From contig VRMN01000002.1 of the NCBI GenBank assembly GCA_008690995.1, positions 1,054,001-1,118,000 on the forward strand: 64,000 nucleotides of DNA, written 5' to 3'. A program made the position numbers and the translations under genes. The notes beneath the pieces were generated by a model that searched no databases, was not told the origin of the DNA, and was given only the letters and a program-made list of their open reading frames with translations. The stretch is from Porphyridium purpureum (taxonomy: Eukaryota). Each line of letters starts with the position of its first letter. Within the stretch, counting starts at the first letter, position 1. Below are positions 40,823-52,155 of this stretch, one piece after another.

Positions 40823-42010
40823 CTAGAGCCGCACAAAGCGCGCAACTTCGGGCAGACGAGATTGCTCGTACAGCTCGGCGAGCTCATTCTTCGCTTCCGC
40901 ATTCCAAGCGGTACGCTCTGCAACCATGCGGTCCAGAAGGTAAGCTGCGCGGTCAAGTGATACTTGCTCAGGAGCCTTGCCTTCTTGCACTTCGGATTCG
41001 CGCGGGTCAAGCGACAAGCCGCGAAACATTGTACCCAACGAGGTCGGATCCTGGAAGCCAGCGAGCGATGCAACCTTGTCGAGGTCTTCGTCCAGCGTCA
41101 TCAGCGGAAGATGAATAGCAAAACGCGCCGCGTCTCGCGCCTCAAGCTCACGGTCGGACATGGACGCGAGCATGCGTGCATGAAATGCGTGCGCATGCGA
41201 CCAACCAGGAAAGCTTTGAGCCATTTTCTCACACGTGATGAGAGCTGACTGCTCGTCGCCTCGGTCCAAGTGCCCCCTGGCGAGTGTTTGCAGCACGTCC
41301 ATGAATGGTCCCACGTTGAGCATTAAGTACTTGTGCAGTCCCATGCCGGATTTCATCACCTGCCCGGCATCATAGAGGCCCGGTGCTAGTTTGTCAGCCT
41401 CGGTAAACTCCTCCTTCAGCTCAAGGAAATCATAGTAAGCTAGCTGTCTGCGAATGAACAGCTCGCACGAGTTGGCAATATGGCATAGCTGGCCAGGCCC
41501 GACAAGCGATGTTGCAACCAACGGCATGTCCATACCAGACGGTGGCGTAGGCCATCGCAGAAGCCCAGCGCTGACCGCGCCAGTCTGCTCGTCTCGCGCG
41601 AGTGGAATAACCAACGGGTGGTCCGCTTCGCGCTTGCCTGCTTCTGTGCACAGTTTTTCACCATTCAGCTCCAGCGCACGAAGCGTTGCAGCAAGGTACC
41701 TTGGCGGATCGGCCGCGCACTGTTCGCGAATATACTCTTCGTGCGCCTCTGCGAGCTTTGCCACATCGCTCTGTGGTAGCACCGCATCGCCAGACATCGC
41801 TGTGATCAAGACGGAGCTTGACCGCGTCCTAGTCTTCTGGGACGGCATTCGGTACCTCCTCCCAGCACGAATGCTGGGGCCGATCAAGACGCCAGACGCC
41901 GCACGCGCTTCAACCGCCGGGTTCGACCAGCTCAAAGAGTGAACATGTAGCCTCTGGTCTGGCACGCGCAGCGGCAGCCCGTAATTCGCGGCAAATCCTA
42001 TGCCCTCCAT
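40823..42010 (-). CDS. PAB-like plastid protein (chloroplast ATP synthase biogenesis)
   Basis: Transit-peptide-like N-terminus. HPLVIPLA...LLRWPTPPSGMDMP and EARDAAR resemble plant PAB (recalled). Confidence 0.65.
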   Translation of the reverse strand: MEGIGFAANYGLPLRVPDQRLHVHSLSWSNPAVEARAASGVLIGPSIRAGRRYRMPSQKTRTRSSSVLITAMSGDAVLPQSDVAKLAEAHEEYIREQCAADPPRYLAATLRALELNGEKLCTEAGKREADHPLVIPLARDEQTGAVSAGLLRWPTPPSGMDMPLVATSLVGPGQLCHIANSCELFIRRQLAYYDFLELKEEFTEADKLAPGLYDAGQVMKSGMGLHKYLMLNVGPFMDVLQTLARGHLDRGDEQSALITCEKMAQSFPGWSHAHAFHARMLASMSDRELEARDAARFAIHLPLMTLDEDLDKVASLAGFQDPTSLGTMFRGLSLDPRESEVQEGKAPEQVSLDRAAYLLDRMVAERTAWNAEAKNELAELYEQSRLPEVARFVRL

Positions 42011-43058
42011 CGCGCAACCTCTCCTGTTCGCCTCTGAACCCTGTCAGTCCTCCCACTCCGTGCAACTTCCGTCTCCCGCCGTGGAACGCACGGTCTGTGG
42101 CGCAGGTTTGCTCCGTGACGGAAAGTCTCTCACAAGAGGAAGGTGAGCGACGGGTTTCGTGCGAGCCGCGGTAAGTGCTCAGTCGGGTGCAAGCCAACTG
42201 CCGAAATGGGTGAAACCGAAAGGGATCATGTGAATGCCGCTGGAATCCACAAGCCGAGTCGTGGCGCCATCATTGTCGCGTAAGGTTACGCGGTGCGGGC
42301 CTAATGCGTCGTGTGTGTGAACACATGTTCATACCATGGCGCGACGCGACGCGAGGCCCAGAGCTAGAGTTGTGCGTTGAGCTGAGCTCGCAGCGCTCGG
42401 TAGAAAGTGTCGGTTGTCCTGTGCGTGTTTGATGGAATACTGAGCGTCAGAATTGGTATCCACGTGGACGTGCAGACGCATTTCACTTTGTTCAGGCCGT
42501 CCGCGACGGTCTCAGTAGTTTGTGTCCCACGAGCCGCGTATGTGAGGTTGTTTGTATCGACAAGTGCTAGTTGGCCATGGTATGGCTGCGTAGCTACCAT
42601 TGCGGATGGCAGCAAGAACACGCCGCAGCCTATCCCACGGAGTGGAATGGACTTCGGTTTCAGGCCTGGTTGAATCCAGGAAGGGGGCATCTTTGCCGAT
42701 GCTCACAACCCGTAAGCCACTCGCGGGGGTCTGGGCTTGTATACCGCTGGGCACGGACGTGTAATTTTGTAAGCTGTGCTTGAGCGCCAACTTACCTGGT
42801 ATAGACGTTCCGGAATGCCACATAGCGTCGTCTGAACATGCTTTGCCCGATACATATGAGCACAGCACGCGTGTCCCGCAAGATGGTACCCACTGTTGCG
42901 TTCGCATCCACGCACGTATGCGTTTGTATCAGTGTCCTTTATTTTTTATATGACTGAGACTCCGGGAGAAACTTTGGGAAAGGAGCCTCTCATTGAAATC
43001 TTCACACCAGCAAGGAACATTATACTTGGCCAAGCGGTAGCTAAATGCCAGTCGTGGC

Positions 43059-43733
43059 CTACTCGTGTTTCACACCTGCCGAAGTGTTGTCGCGCACGAC
43101 ATCCAGAAGCATACTCACAACACGATATGCCTGCGAGACAAACAACGAACCGACAATGAGCCAAAACATGACGCCCACGGAGATGAAAAGTGCTGCCCCC
43201 AGTACAAGCGCGGTAACAAACGCGATCACGAGAACAGGCACGGTCAACAACAGGGCCGCGACAGCTAAGAAGATGCCGAGTGCTGTGGCGCTCACCACTA
43301 CGAATAGCGCCAAGTAAACGAGGATCACCGCAGACATGCTGCAGCGCACAAGTAGGCTTGTATTCTGGACCGCGGCGCGGAGACCATCCTTCCCAATCAC
43401 GTCTATGAGATTCAGCAATGGTCGTGCAAGCAACATCACCACATTTTTCACTTCGCTCGCGGCGCTCTGCGCTGTGCTCGACAGTGCCGCCTTGATAGCG
43501 ACTGGGCCATCCTTCGCCTCCGACGTATACTCGGACCGCGTCTCCATTCTTCCTGTCCTACTTACGCCGTCGCAAGCTTTCGACCTCTGTCCTTTCTTCC
43601 TCACCAAGCGCGAGCCAAGCGCACGACACCCGCTTGCAATTTCCACAGCGTAAGGGTCACAGACTTTTGCGTACAGGTTCAGCAGGACGACAAACACAAA
43701 CAGCACGAGCAGTAGGTGAACCAATGCGCCCAT
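43059..43733 (-). CDS. Membrane protein with long C-terminal hydrophobic hairpin (promethin/oleosin-like topology)
   Basis: N-terminal TM segment and a ~65-residue uncharged hydrophobic stretch with a central Pro. Start uncertain (frame open to 43892). Confidence 0.5.
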   Translation of the reverse strand: MGALVHLLLVLFVFVVLLNLYAKVCDPYAVEIASGCRALGSRLVRKKGQRSKACDGVSRTGRMETRSEYTSEAKDGPVAIKAALSSTAQSAASEVKNVVMLLARPLLNLIDVIGKDGLRAAVQNTSLLVRCSMSAVILVYLALFVVVSATALGIFLAVAALLLTVPVLVIAFVTALVLGAALFISVGVMFWLIVGSLFVSQAYRVVSMLLDVVRDNTSAGVKHE

Positions 43734-44829
43734 GCAATGCTTCACGAATTCCAACTTGCTTCGGGTCTTTCCCCCTCTGCACTCTCGAGCCCTTGTCGAG
43801 CGCAGCCCAACCCCGTGTTCGCTCAAGACATCGCTAATGTGCCCTAGAAGTTCACTACAGAACGTCCGGTTAGAGGAAAAATGAGTTTGCACATCTGCTT
43901 CGCAGCGTCCAACTTGGAAGCAGCGTTGCGGCGCGGCTCGGGTAGTGCGCTGTGAGGCTCTGGCACATCCTCACCTCTCGCGGTCGAGGCACCAAGAGGA
44001 ATTAAAATTGAGGAAAGAGTTTGGTCGCTCGCCGAGCGAAGGTATGACAGCTTGCATGAGAATCAATATTCTCGAGCGCCCATGACGGTTTGGGAGTTAA
44101 AGCCATTCCGTGCCTTGCACTCATGTCGGCGTCCAACGCGTCGTGAGCAAATGCGCCATTCATAGCTTGAACCTAAGTCGGGGCAGAGAGCCATTCGCCG
44201 CGGCTCTTCGGCCAGTTCGTGTGCCTAACAGATCCATGATAGGCACCATGTCCTATTCTTGTGATCTCGCCTTCTCCTCTTTCGCTGCATGAGCCTCTCC
44301 AAAGCTCTTTCTATCATTCGCATGCGGAAGCCACGTCTTCGTCGCCTTCGCCAAGATGCTGCCAGAGCATGGCAAGTGGTAGGCGATGAACCCATTCTTG
44401 TGCGATGACGTGGGGCATTGACCTGCATGACGACCATGGCGAGTCATAAGTCAAGGATGATGTCCTGGTATACGCAGCACATAAGGCTGTCAACAGCTGG
44501 CGCTGCGTACCGCCTCGGGTCAGCTCTCGTTGTTGGCTTCCGACGAAGCGCGGCGTTTGCCAGAGAAGAGGTTCCTCGAATCCGGAGAGAGATAGTGGGC
44601 CTCCCTCGTAGAGCCTGCCGAAAGAGGCATCTAGTGCTATGCCATTCCTGCACTAACGAAAGTCATGGTCGTCTTTACTGTTTCCTTTTTCCCCGATCCG
44701 CTTTCTAGGATTTTCTCCGGTGATTGGCTCTTCTCCGGGAAGGTACGAGGACCTCCTGACCCGCAGAGCAATCCCGTGTAGGTCTTGCGTCCAGCGCAGA
44801 TTAAGGTATGACAAAAAGCCGACATGCCG

Positions 44830-45402
44830 TTAGATGGACAAATTGTTGTTGAGCCACTCGAAGCCTTCCGAGATGCCCATTTTGCGTCCGACAGAGCACA
44901 TGAAGATTTCGATGGGGCGAATGTCCTTAGTTGTTGTGGTGCCTTTTCCTGTGGTGAGGTGGATGAGACCCAGTGCGTGCCGCAGCTCGTCCTCTGGCGC
45001 GGCTTCTTGCAAGTCGATCTTGTTCCCAAAGATGAGGAATGGCACGTCAGCCAGCGCCTCGTCGGCTAGTAGTTGGTCGAGCTCCTTCTTGACTTCCGGG
45101 AATCGCTCCCGGTCGGCGGCATCCACCATGAAGATTATCGCGTCCACGCTTGTGTAGTAGCTTGCCCACAGCTCGCGCGCCGCTCTATGCCCGCCCAGAT
45201 CGGACACGCGGAAGCGCACCTTTCCAATGACCACTTCCTCTGTGGTCGGATGCTGCGTGGGCGCGTGCACTGCCACTTTATCGTCGCGCAGCACGTGCAT
45301 TAAGGTGGTCTTGCCGGCATTATCCAGGCCCAGGAACAGGATCTTCGCGTCCTTGTACCACAGTCCCAGGTACGACAAGATATCCCAGAACCACGAAAAC
45401 AT
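44830..45402 (-). CDS. SAR1: Small GTPase Sar1 (COPII)
   Basis: [28 protein letters not shown]. Confidence 0.97.
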   Translation of the reverse strand: MFSWFWDILSYLGLWYKDAKILFLGLDNAGKTTLMHVLRDDKVAVHAPTQHPTTEEVVIGKVRFRVSDLGGHRAARELWASYYTSVDAIIFMVDAADRERFPEVKKELDQLLADEALADVPFLIFGNKIDLQEAAPEDELRHALGLIHLTTGKGTTTTKDIRPIEIFMCSVGRKMGISEGFEWLNNNLSI

Positions 45403-45491
45403 CTCGGTCCGCGCTTCCGCTCTCACACACAAACACGCACACCCACAACGACGCGGCCAGCCACAGATTCCTCGGCGGCGTCCCTCTCCTT

Positions 45492-45590
45492 ACACTCACA
45501 CACACAAACACACACACACACACACACACACGAACGCACACACACGAACGCACGCACACACACGAACGCACGCACACACCCTCACACGTG
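45492..45590. repeat. CA/GT microsatellite with ACACGAACGCAC units
   Basis: Directly visible, upstream of SAR1. Confidence 0.85.
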
Positions 45591-45924
45591 CACTCGAGTA
45601 TACGCGCACACACCGCTCAACCTTTCTGCGCCTGCCATCCGCCACTCGCAGCGTTCGCCTCTTCGCGCTTCTCAACCACTCCGCAAATCACATAGCAAAA
45701 CAGCGCGTTTTGATGTATGTTTCGCGGCTTGAGCGCCACTGCGCTTCGGTCACTGTACGCAACTGTACCGCATGTTGATTGATCTAGGCTGGCTCGCAGG
45801 TTTCTTTACTTCAAAATGTGCACGGCGCGGGTCAAAGAGGAGAGGGAAATGGTGGTGCGTCGCCTCGGCGCGGACTCACGGTCGGGTTGTACTCCCTGAA
45901 CTTGGTCTGGGATGCTAGCGCGCG

Positions 45925-47718
45925 CTACCCGCCAAACTCGTCGCCGTACACATACTCGCCTGCGCCTGCCATGGCGGCGAGCTCCTCGGCAGTCGGCGGC
46001 TTGGGGATTTCCACAACCAGACAGTCCGTCGTGAGAATCAACGCCGCGACCGACGCCGCAGCACCCAGCGCGGCGCAAGTGACTCGGCACGGGTCCACCA
46101 CGCCCGTCGCCATCATGTCTGCGTACTCTAGCGTCTTGGCGTTGAAACCATGCCCGCGCTCGCACTCCAGCTCGACCGTTTCTGCAATCACGTCCCCGTC
46201 CTGACCGGCGTTGTACGCAATCTGCATGCACGGCGTGAACAGTGCCTTGTAAACAATCTCACCTCCAAAGCGCACATCCTCATCGTCCCACGTCCTGATG
46301 ATGTCCGGCAAAATTTTGCGCGCCTGCACAAGCGCGACGCCCCCTCCAGCCACAATGCCGTCCATCAACGCAGCGCGCGTCGCGTTAATCGCGTCTTCGT
46401 AGCGTAATGCTTTATCGCGCACCTCGACCTCTGTGTTCCCGCCCAGCCGGAAGCGCGCGATGCCGCCAGCCAGTTTGGCTATTCTTTCGCGAATGTATTC
46501 GCGCTCCGATGGGTCGGATGCCTCCTCCGCAAGTCTCTGCAGGCTCTCCACGCGCTTGTTGACCGCATCTTGTGTTTGAGACGGCGCGACCAACTTACTT
46601 GCTTTCGCCGCCATGAGGGCACGCTCCAAGTTCCCCAGGTCGCTCATGCTGATTGCATCAAGCGACTGGCCAGCTTCTGTGGAGTACAACTTGGCCCCGG
46701 TCATCGCACCAATGTCGCGGAGGTAGTCAGCACGTCGGTTCCCGACTCCTGGCGCCTTGATAGCGCACACGTCCAGAATGCCCTTTTGCCGGTTGAGCAC
46801 TAGCGATGTCAAGGCTTCGTCCGAAATGTCCCCACAAATGATGAGCAGGGGCACCTCCTCTGTGGCCACATCCTCTAGCAAGTCGACTAGCTCCTCCACG
46901 TTTTCTATTTTGCTGTCGGTAAGCAGCACTCGGCAATCGCGCATGTCTACGAGCCCGCGCTTGTCCGCAAAGTACTCAGACAAGTAGCCCTGGTTGATCT
47001 CCATCCCGTCCGTGAAAAACACTTCGTCCACGAGACCCTTGCCTTCCTCGACGGTTGTGGATCCGTTTTTCCCGATGCGGTCAAAAGCCTTTGCGACCAT
47101 TTCACCAATCTCTGGGTTATTGCCAGCCGAAATCATCGCTACCGCGAGTAAGTCGTCATAAGAGGAGATTTGCTTGGCATACTTGCGCACCTCGTCCTGT
47201 ACAAGCTTGACCGCTCGCTCAATGCCGACCTTGATGCCTACGGGTGACCTTCCAGCCTGGACATACTTCATTCCTTCTCGGACCAGCACCTCACAGAGCA
47301 CCGTGGAAGTGGTGGTGCCATCGCCGGCATTCAAGTCGGTTTTGGATGCGACCTCGACCACCAAAGTCGCGCCCACATTCTGCAAGTGGTTATGTAGCAC
47401 GACTTCCCGCGCAATGGTGACTCCGTCATTCACGATCTGTGGCAGCTGATCGCCTTGCCTTTGAAGGACCACGTTCCTCCCCTTTGGCCCAAGGGTCACT
47501 TTCACGGCAGCGGCGACCGCATACACGCCTTGCACCAATGCGAGCCGCGCTTCGTCATAAAAAATCACGTCCTTCTCCGTCTCTCTCGCCATTTGCAGCT
47601 TTACACCACTTCTTGCCGTTCTTGCCACACCCGCCAGTGTCCTGACTCTACATATTCCTTTCCCACGACGCAGGCACGCGCCCACATTCGGCGTGCTGTT
47701 CGCTCCGACAAACGCCAT
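45925..47718 (-). CDS. cpn60: Plastid-targeted chaperonin 60 (GroEL family)
   Basis: MAFV transit peptide, VTLGPKGRNV, NDGVTIA, AGDGTTT, GIVAGGG. Confidence 0.95.
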   Translation of the reverse strand: MAFVGANSTPNVGACLRRGKGICRVRTLAGVARTARSGVKLQMARETEKDVIFYDEARLALVQGVYAVAAAVKVTLGPKGRNVVLQRQGDQLPQIVNDGVTIAREVVLHNHLQNVGATLVVEVASKTDLNAGDGTTTSTVLCEVLVREGMKYVQAGRSPVGIKVGIERAVKLVQDEVRKYAKQISSYDDLLAVAMISAGNNPEIGEMVAKAFDRIGKNGSTTVEEGKGLVDEVFFTDGMEINQGYLSEYFADKRGLVDMRDCRVLLTDSKIENVEELVDLLEDVATEEVPLLIICGDISDEALTSLVLNRQKGILDVCAIKAPGVGNRRADYLRDIGAMTGAKLYSTEAGQSLDAISMSDLGNLERALMAAKASKLVAPSQTQDAVNKRVESLQRLAEEASDPSEREYIRERIAKLAGGIARFRLGGNTEVEVRDKALRYEDAINATRAALMDGIVAGGGVALVQARKILPDIIRTWDDEDVRFGGEIVYKALFTPCMQIAYNAGQDGDVIAETVELECERGHGFNAKTLEYADMMATGVVDPCRVTCAALGAAASVAALILTTDCLVVEIPKPPTAEELAAMAGAGEYVYGDEFGG

Positions 47719-48365
47719 GGCCTGCCCAGATCAATGAATCCACGCCCGTGCGTCGCGATATCACACGCACACAAACTCCCCACCGTCACGCCCTACCCGC
47801 CAGCCCGAATCAAAACGCACACGGTTCTCGGCTGCTCGAAACTGGACCTTTGATCGCTCACTCCCGTTCTTCACCCACGCATCTGTTCAAGCCTGTGCCT
47901 GTATCTGAGCATGAGTCACAGACGTGCACATGAGCCGTCACGTCGTGCTTCTTCCCCCACCGCCGCGCCACCTCCACGCACCCACGCTCACACACAAACA
48001 CGCCCCAACCGTCGCGCCGTCCCGTCGTCGTCCCTCCCGCCCGGCCCGCGCCCATTCGCCACATCCCCAAAATCGGCCTCTGCGAGATTTCGCGCTCAAC
48101 ACGCAACCCCTGATAAAAATCAACACGCAAAACCTTAAAAAATTGGGAACTGTACCTTTATTGACGATAACTGTACTTCTACTGATTTGGGTACAGTCCA
48201 CTTCAAAAAACCCTAATAACTGTACCTCCATTTCTCGATCTCGTGGAATTTTCGGCGCCTTGGTGAAGCAGAATGGCGGCTGCATGAAGAGGAAGACAAT
48301 GGGAAGAGAGACACACAGAGAGAGAGAGGGACTGAGAGAGAGAGAGAGGAGGGAGGGAGAGGAAT

Positions 48366-49292
48366 ATGGGCGATGCGCCGAAGATGGGAGTGCAGGATAG
48401 AGCGGCATCTGGAAGCGGGCTGCAGCGGCACACGGTGCTGAGCAGGAACGATGGAGTCGAGCCGGAATGGCGTCGCGTGGAAGAGTTTGCGCACGTGTTT
48501 GTGGACATTGAGTTTGAGACGGCGGACGACGGAGCGATAGCGCGCATCACAATAAATCGTCCAGATAAACTGAACTCGTTCCGGCCTCAGACGCTGCGAG
48601 AAATGGAGCGCGCGTTTATGCACGTGCGCGATGAGCCGCGCATTCGCGTCGTCATCTTGACCGGAAAGGGAGCCGGCTCGTTCTGCGCGGGTGGCGACCA
48701 GAGTGTGCGCGGAGAGTCTGGGTACGTGGGGAGCGATGGTGTCCCTCGGCTTGAAGTGCTGGACCTGCAGGTGATGATGAGACGCCTGCCGAAGCCCGTG
48801 ATTGCCGCCGTGGCCGGATATGCCGTGGGTGGCGGTCACATCTTGCACATGGTGTGCGACTTGACCATCGCAGCAGAGAACGCCATGTTTGGTCAGAGTG
48901 GCCCACGCGTCGGTTCGTTCGATGGCGGATACGGCTCGTCGCACATGGCGCGCCTGATAGGCCAAAAGCGTGCACGCGAAATGTGGTTTCTCTGCAAGCT
49001 GTACGACGCACAGACCGCGCTACAATGGGGCCTCATCAACTGCGTCGTACCAGTGGACGCGCTTCAGCTTGAAGCTGTCACATGGGCGCGCGAGATCGTC
49101 CTCAAGAGTCCAACCGCTATCGCCTGCCTCAAAGCCGCGCTCAACGCTGACGAGGATGGGCAGGCGGGGCTCTCACAGCTTGCTGGCGAGGCCACGCGCC
49201 TTTTCTACCAGAGCAAAGAAGGGCAAGAGGGCCGCAACGCGTTTTTGGAAAAGCGGCGGCCAGACTTTGCACGCGTCGCGGCAAAATTGTAG
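48366..49292 (+). CDS. menB: 1,4-dihydroxy-2-naphthoyl-CoA synthase with C-terminal PTS1 (AKL)
   Basis: [32 protein letters not shown]. Ends ...VAAKL. Confidence 0.96.
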   Translation: MGDAPKMGVQDRAASGSGLQRHTVLSRNDGVEPEWRRVEEFAHVFVDIEFETADDGAIARITINRPDKLNSFRPQTLREMERAFMHVRDEPRIRVVILTGKGAGSFCAGGDQSVRGESGYVGSDGVPRLEVLDLQVMMRRLPKPVIAAVAGYAVGGGHILHMVCDLTIAAENAMFGQSGPRVGSFDGGYGSSHMARLIGQKRAREMWFLCKLYDAQTALQWGLINCVVPVDALQLEAVTWAREIVLKSPTAIACLKAALNADEDGQAGLSQLAGEATRLFYQSKEGQEGRNAFLEKRRPDFARVAAKL

Positions 49293-49343
49293 CAATCAAA
49301 AAAAAATAAAAAATAGAGCACAAACTGCTCAAGGCGAGGGAAA

Positions 49344-50657
49344 ATGCGGGAAGTTGACGACCGGGTACGCCGCGGCGCCCGGCCGTCAGATGCTGAACTC
49401 GAGCACAAGGCACACATCAAACGCGCACGTGTTCAGGCTTTGAATGAATCAAGGAACGAGGCTCACCGCGAAGCCGAGCGCTCGGCGCACGACCTCCATC
49501 GGGCCGCGTTGGACGAGTTGGACGAGTCACATTACCAGATCTCCGCGTGCGGAAAGCTGCGGTACGCAGTTCCGTATGCGTTTGGGTACCGCACGAACTG
49601 CAAGCGGCGCTGGGTTGGGCGCGAGCTGGCAGACGTCTTTGCGGAGGAATTAGGTGGAGAAGGCCATGACCGCGAGTATTGGCTGAACGAAGTTCGCTGC
49701 GGCCGAATCTTGATACGTGGCGCAGTGGTCACCCAGCTGCCATTGGTGCTGAGCGATCCAGATTGGGTGGTGCATCTTGCACATCGCCACGAAGGCGCCG
49801 TGTTGAATATCCCCATTGGCATTGTTTACGAGGACGAGCACCTGCTTGTGGTAGACAAACCCGCGTCGGTACCAGCGCATCCGTGTGGAAGGTACCGGAA
49901 GAATTCTCTTTCGTTTCTGCTACATCTTCAGCGCAAGCAAAAGGACCCGTGTGCTGACGTCGCCGTGAAGTCTTCGACCACAGAGCTTCGTGGCGTGCAC
50001 CGGCTTGACCGGCTGACCTCTGGCATTTTAATTTTGGCCAAGGATGCCGAGACAGCCAAGCAGCTCACGCAGCAAATCGTAGACGGGCTGGTGCGGAAAA
50101 AGTACCTTGCTCGCGTGGCCGGCAGGTTTGGTGGCGTCGAACAAGCCCAAGTAGAATGTACTCTGCCGCTAAACTATGACGCGCGCAGTTGTCGTGCGCA
50201 CGTTGACACTGTTCAGGGCAAGCCAGCGCGAACGACGTTTGTTGTGCGGAGGTACTCGGCGGAGCGTGACTACTCCATAGTGGAGTGCACTCCATTCACC
50301 GGCCGCACGCACCAGATCCGAGTGCATTTGCAGGCATTGGGTCACCCAATTATTAATGACCCATTGTATGCCGACGCGGCGACCCATGCCAAGTACGCGT
50401 GCGAGAATGCGCAACTCGGTCCGGGCGGCGCCGAACCAGAACAGTCCGAGCCGCTGTGCAGTGAAGCTGTATTGCAGGAAGGCAAAACACTAGGCTGCTT
50501 GGTGTGTCCTGCCATGCAGCAGGCCGTCGCCGAACGCGTCAACTCGAAGCACCAGTTCCACATTGATTTACACGCGCTTGAATATATTTTGCAAGACCGC
50601 CGCGCCTTTCGGACGGAGGAGCCGACTTGGAGTTTGGATACGAATAAACGCAAGTGA
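49344..50657 (+). CDS. RluA-family pseudouridine synthase (RPUSD2/Pus8-9-like)
   Basis: VDKPASVPAHP, HRLDRLTSG, TGRTHQIRVH, GHPIINDPLY. Confidence 0.93.
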   Translation: MREVDDRVRRGARPSDAELEHKAHIKRARVQALNESRNEAHREAERSAHDLHRAALDELDESHYQISACGKLRYAVPYAFGYRTNCKRRWVGRELADVFAEELGGEGHDREYWLNEVRCGRILIRGAVVTQLPLVLSDPDWVVHLAHRHEGAVLNIPIGIVYEDEHLLVVDKPASVPAHPCGRYRKNSLSFLLHLQRKQKDPCADVAVKSSTTELRGVHRLDRLTSGILILAKDAETAKQLTQQIVDGLVRKKYLARVAGRFGGVEQAQVECTLPLNYDARSCRAHVDTVQGKPARTTFVVRRYSAERDYSIVECTPFTGRTHQIRVHLQALGHPIINDPLYADAATHAKYACENAQLGPGGAEPEQSEPLCSEAVLQEGKTLGCLVCPAMQQAVAERVNSKHQFHIDLHALEYILQDRRAFRTEEPTWSLDTNKRK

Positions 50658-50718
50658 GTGTCTTTTGAGCCGGGATTGGGTACATCATTGCCCAGTCGCA
50701 TGCGCAGCTCGTCTCGGC

Positions 50719-52017
50719 ATGGCATTCATTCCACTATCGCTGATTACTTTGAGCCGGCAGCGGACATGTGATGTACCGCGCCGCGGGCGAGGCACGAGTC
50801 TGCAACAAGACAATGGCACTACATGGTTGGGTGTCTGTCGGCGTGCGCGTACGCCACCAGCTTTATTGAGCGCAGTAGAGCCGCTGGGAGAGCAGGAGGA
50901 TCTGATTCGCTCGCTCGCCGAGGATGCGATGGACGAATGGATTGCGCCTGGTGATACCATCGCGCTTGTCGGGCGAACGGAGATTACAAAAGCGATCATA
51001 CAGGCGATGGATCGCAAAGTGAACGCCGGTATGCTGGCGGATGTGCGTCTAGTTCCGAGCGCGGCGTCCTTGGGAGTATTTATACAGCAGATGGACTATG
51101 GCGTTCATGAACCCGACGCACAATCAGGTACCGAGCTGCTGCCGGCGTCCAGGATTGATCTGGCTTTGGTGGCCGCCGAACGTGTTGATCACGCGCTCAA
51201 CTTTTCGCTGCCGCTCAGCGAATCACTGTGCATGGATGTGCAGACGCTGCAAGCCGCAAGAGACATCATTCTCGTCGTACCAGAAGAAGGTGTTGTGGTT
51301 GACGGTGGGAGCAACACGAACAAAGAGTCAGCAGGCTTTGGTAGCTTTTTTGTGGAGATTCTTCCCTTGAATGTGCGCCATACAAAAGCGTACATTGAGC
51401 GTGTTCTACGCGACTGCCTCCCTAATGCCGAGTTTCTGGTGTGCACGCGTTTCCAGAAGACGAAAGATGCTCCATTCGAAACCGTGCACGGGCATTTGAT
51501 TCTGGACGTCATCATGTTACCTGGCCACTTTGTGCGGTCGAGTCAGGTCCATCGTGTGTCTGAAAGTATCCAAGCCATTGTCGGTGTGACCGCGTGCAGT
51601 CTGCAAAGCGGCTGCGTTGTGCGCAGTGCGGTAGTCGGATGCCACGACGTCGTCTACATGCAACCCTCACGCATCGAGCGCGCGCGCGACCCTGAATTTG
51701 TGAACATGAAGCTCAATGAAGACGAGACTGAGCGCCGAGAGATGCTGGCGACTGTATCGTCAAGATGGGAACTTTACGAGCACGAGGGTCACGTAGAGCT
51801 CCGCCAGTCATTCTGTTTCACCTCAGCGCAGGAACTGGCGTCGTTCACGCGCCGCCTGCTGGACGTCGCCTGTTCGCTAAAATGCACGCCGCGCTTCAGC
51901 GTCGACGCCGACGCCGAATTCAAGATTCTCGTCAGACTGTTCTCCACCAAATACTCTGCGCCAACCACGCGGGACATCCTGCTGGCTGAGGAAGTGGCCT
52001 CGTGGCTTCCGCATTAG
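50719..52017 (+). CDS. Plastid-targeted fusion of degenerate RpiA-like and PCD-like domains
   Basis: MAF transit peptide. RpiA-like segments (IDLALVAAERVD, PFETVHGHLILD) and a C-terminal pterin-4a-carbinolamine-dehydratase-like segment (LRQSFCF...TTRDILLAEEV). Catalytic motifs are absent in both. Confidence 0.65.
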   Translation: MAFIPLSLITLSRQRTCDVPRRGRGTSLQQDNGTTWLGVCRRARTPPALLSAVEPLGEQEDLIRSLAEDAMDEWIAPGDTIALVGRTEITKAIIQAMDRKVNAGMLADVRLVPSAASLGVFIQQMDYGVHEPDAQSGTELLPASRIDLALVAAERVDHALNFSLPLSESLCMDVQTLQAARDIILVVPEEGVVVDGGSNTNKESAGFGSFFVEILPLNVRHTKAYIERVLRDCLPNAEFLVCTRFQKTKDAPFETVHGHLILDVIMLPGHFVRSSQVHRVSESIQAIVGVTACSLQSGCVVRSAVVGCHDVVYMQPSRIERARDPEFVNMKLNEDETERREMLATVSSRWELYEHEGHVELRQSFCFTSAQELASFTRRLLDVACSLKCTPRFSVDADAEFKILVRLFSTKYSAPTTRDILLAEEVASWLPH

Positions 52018-52155
52018 AGTAGGGTTTGTGACAGGTACTGTGGGTACAGCAGACAGAGCGAGGATGAACGCATGCGAGGCTCGAGGACGGAGCGGGATGG
52101 CGGTGGTTGAGTTGGTGCGTGTCGGTCCTTCTCGTTGTTCCAAAGCGCGGGGCAA

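Noticed and set aside
42110..42400. GGAAAGTC at ~42121 resembling the RNase P/MRP CR-I motif
   Set aside because: No convincing CR-V partner to form helix P4, and a single 8-mer is not enough.
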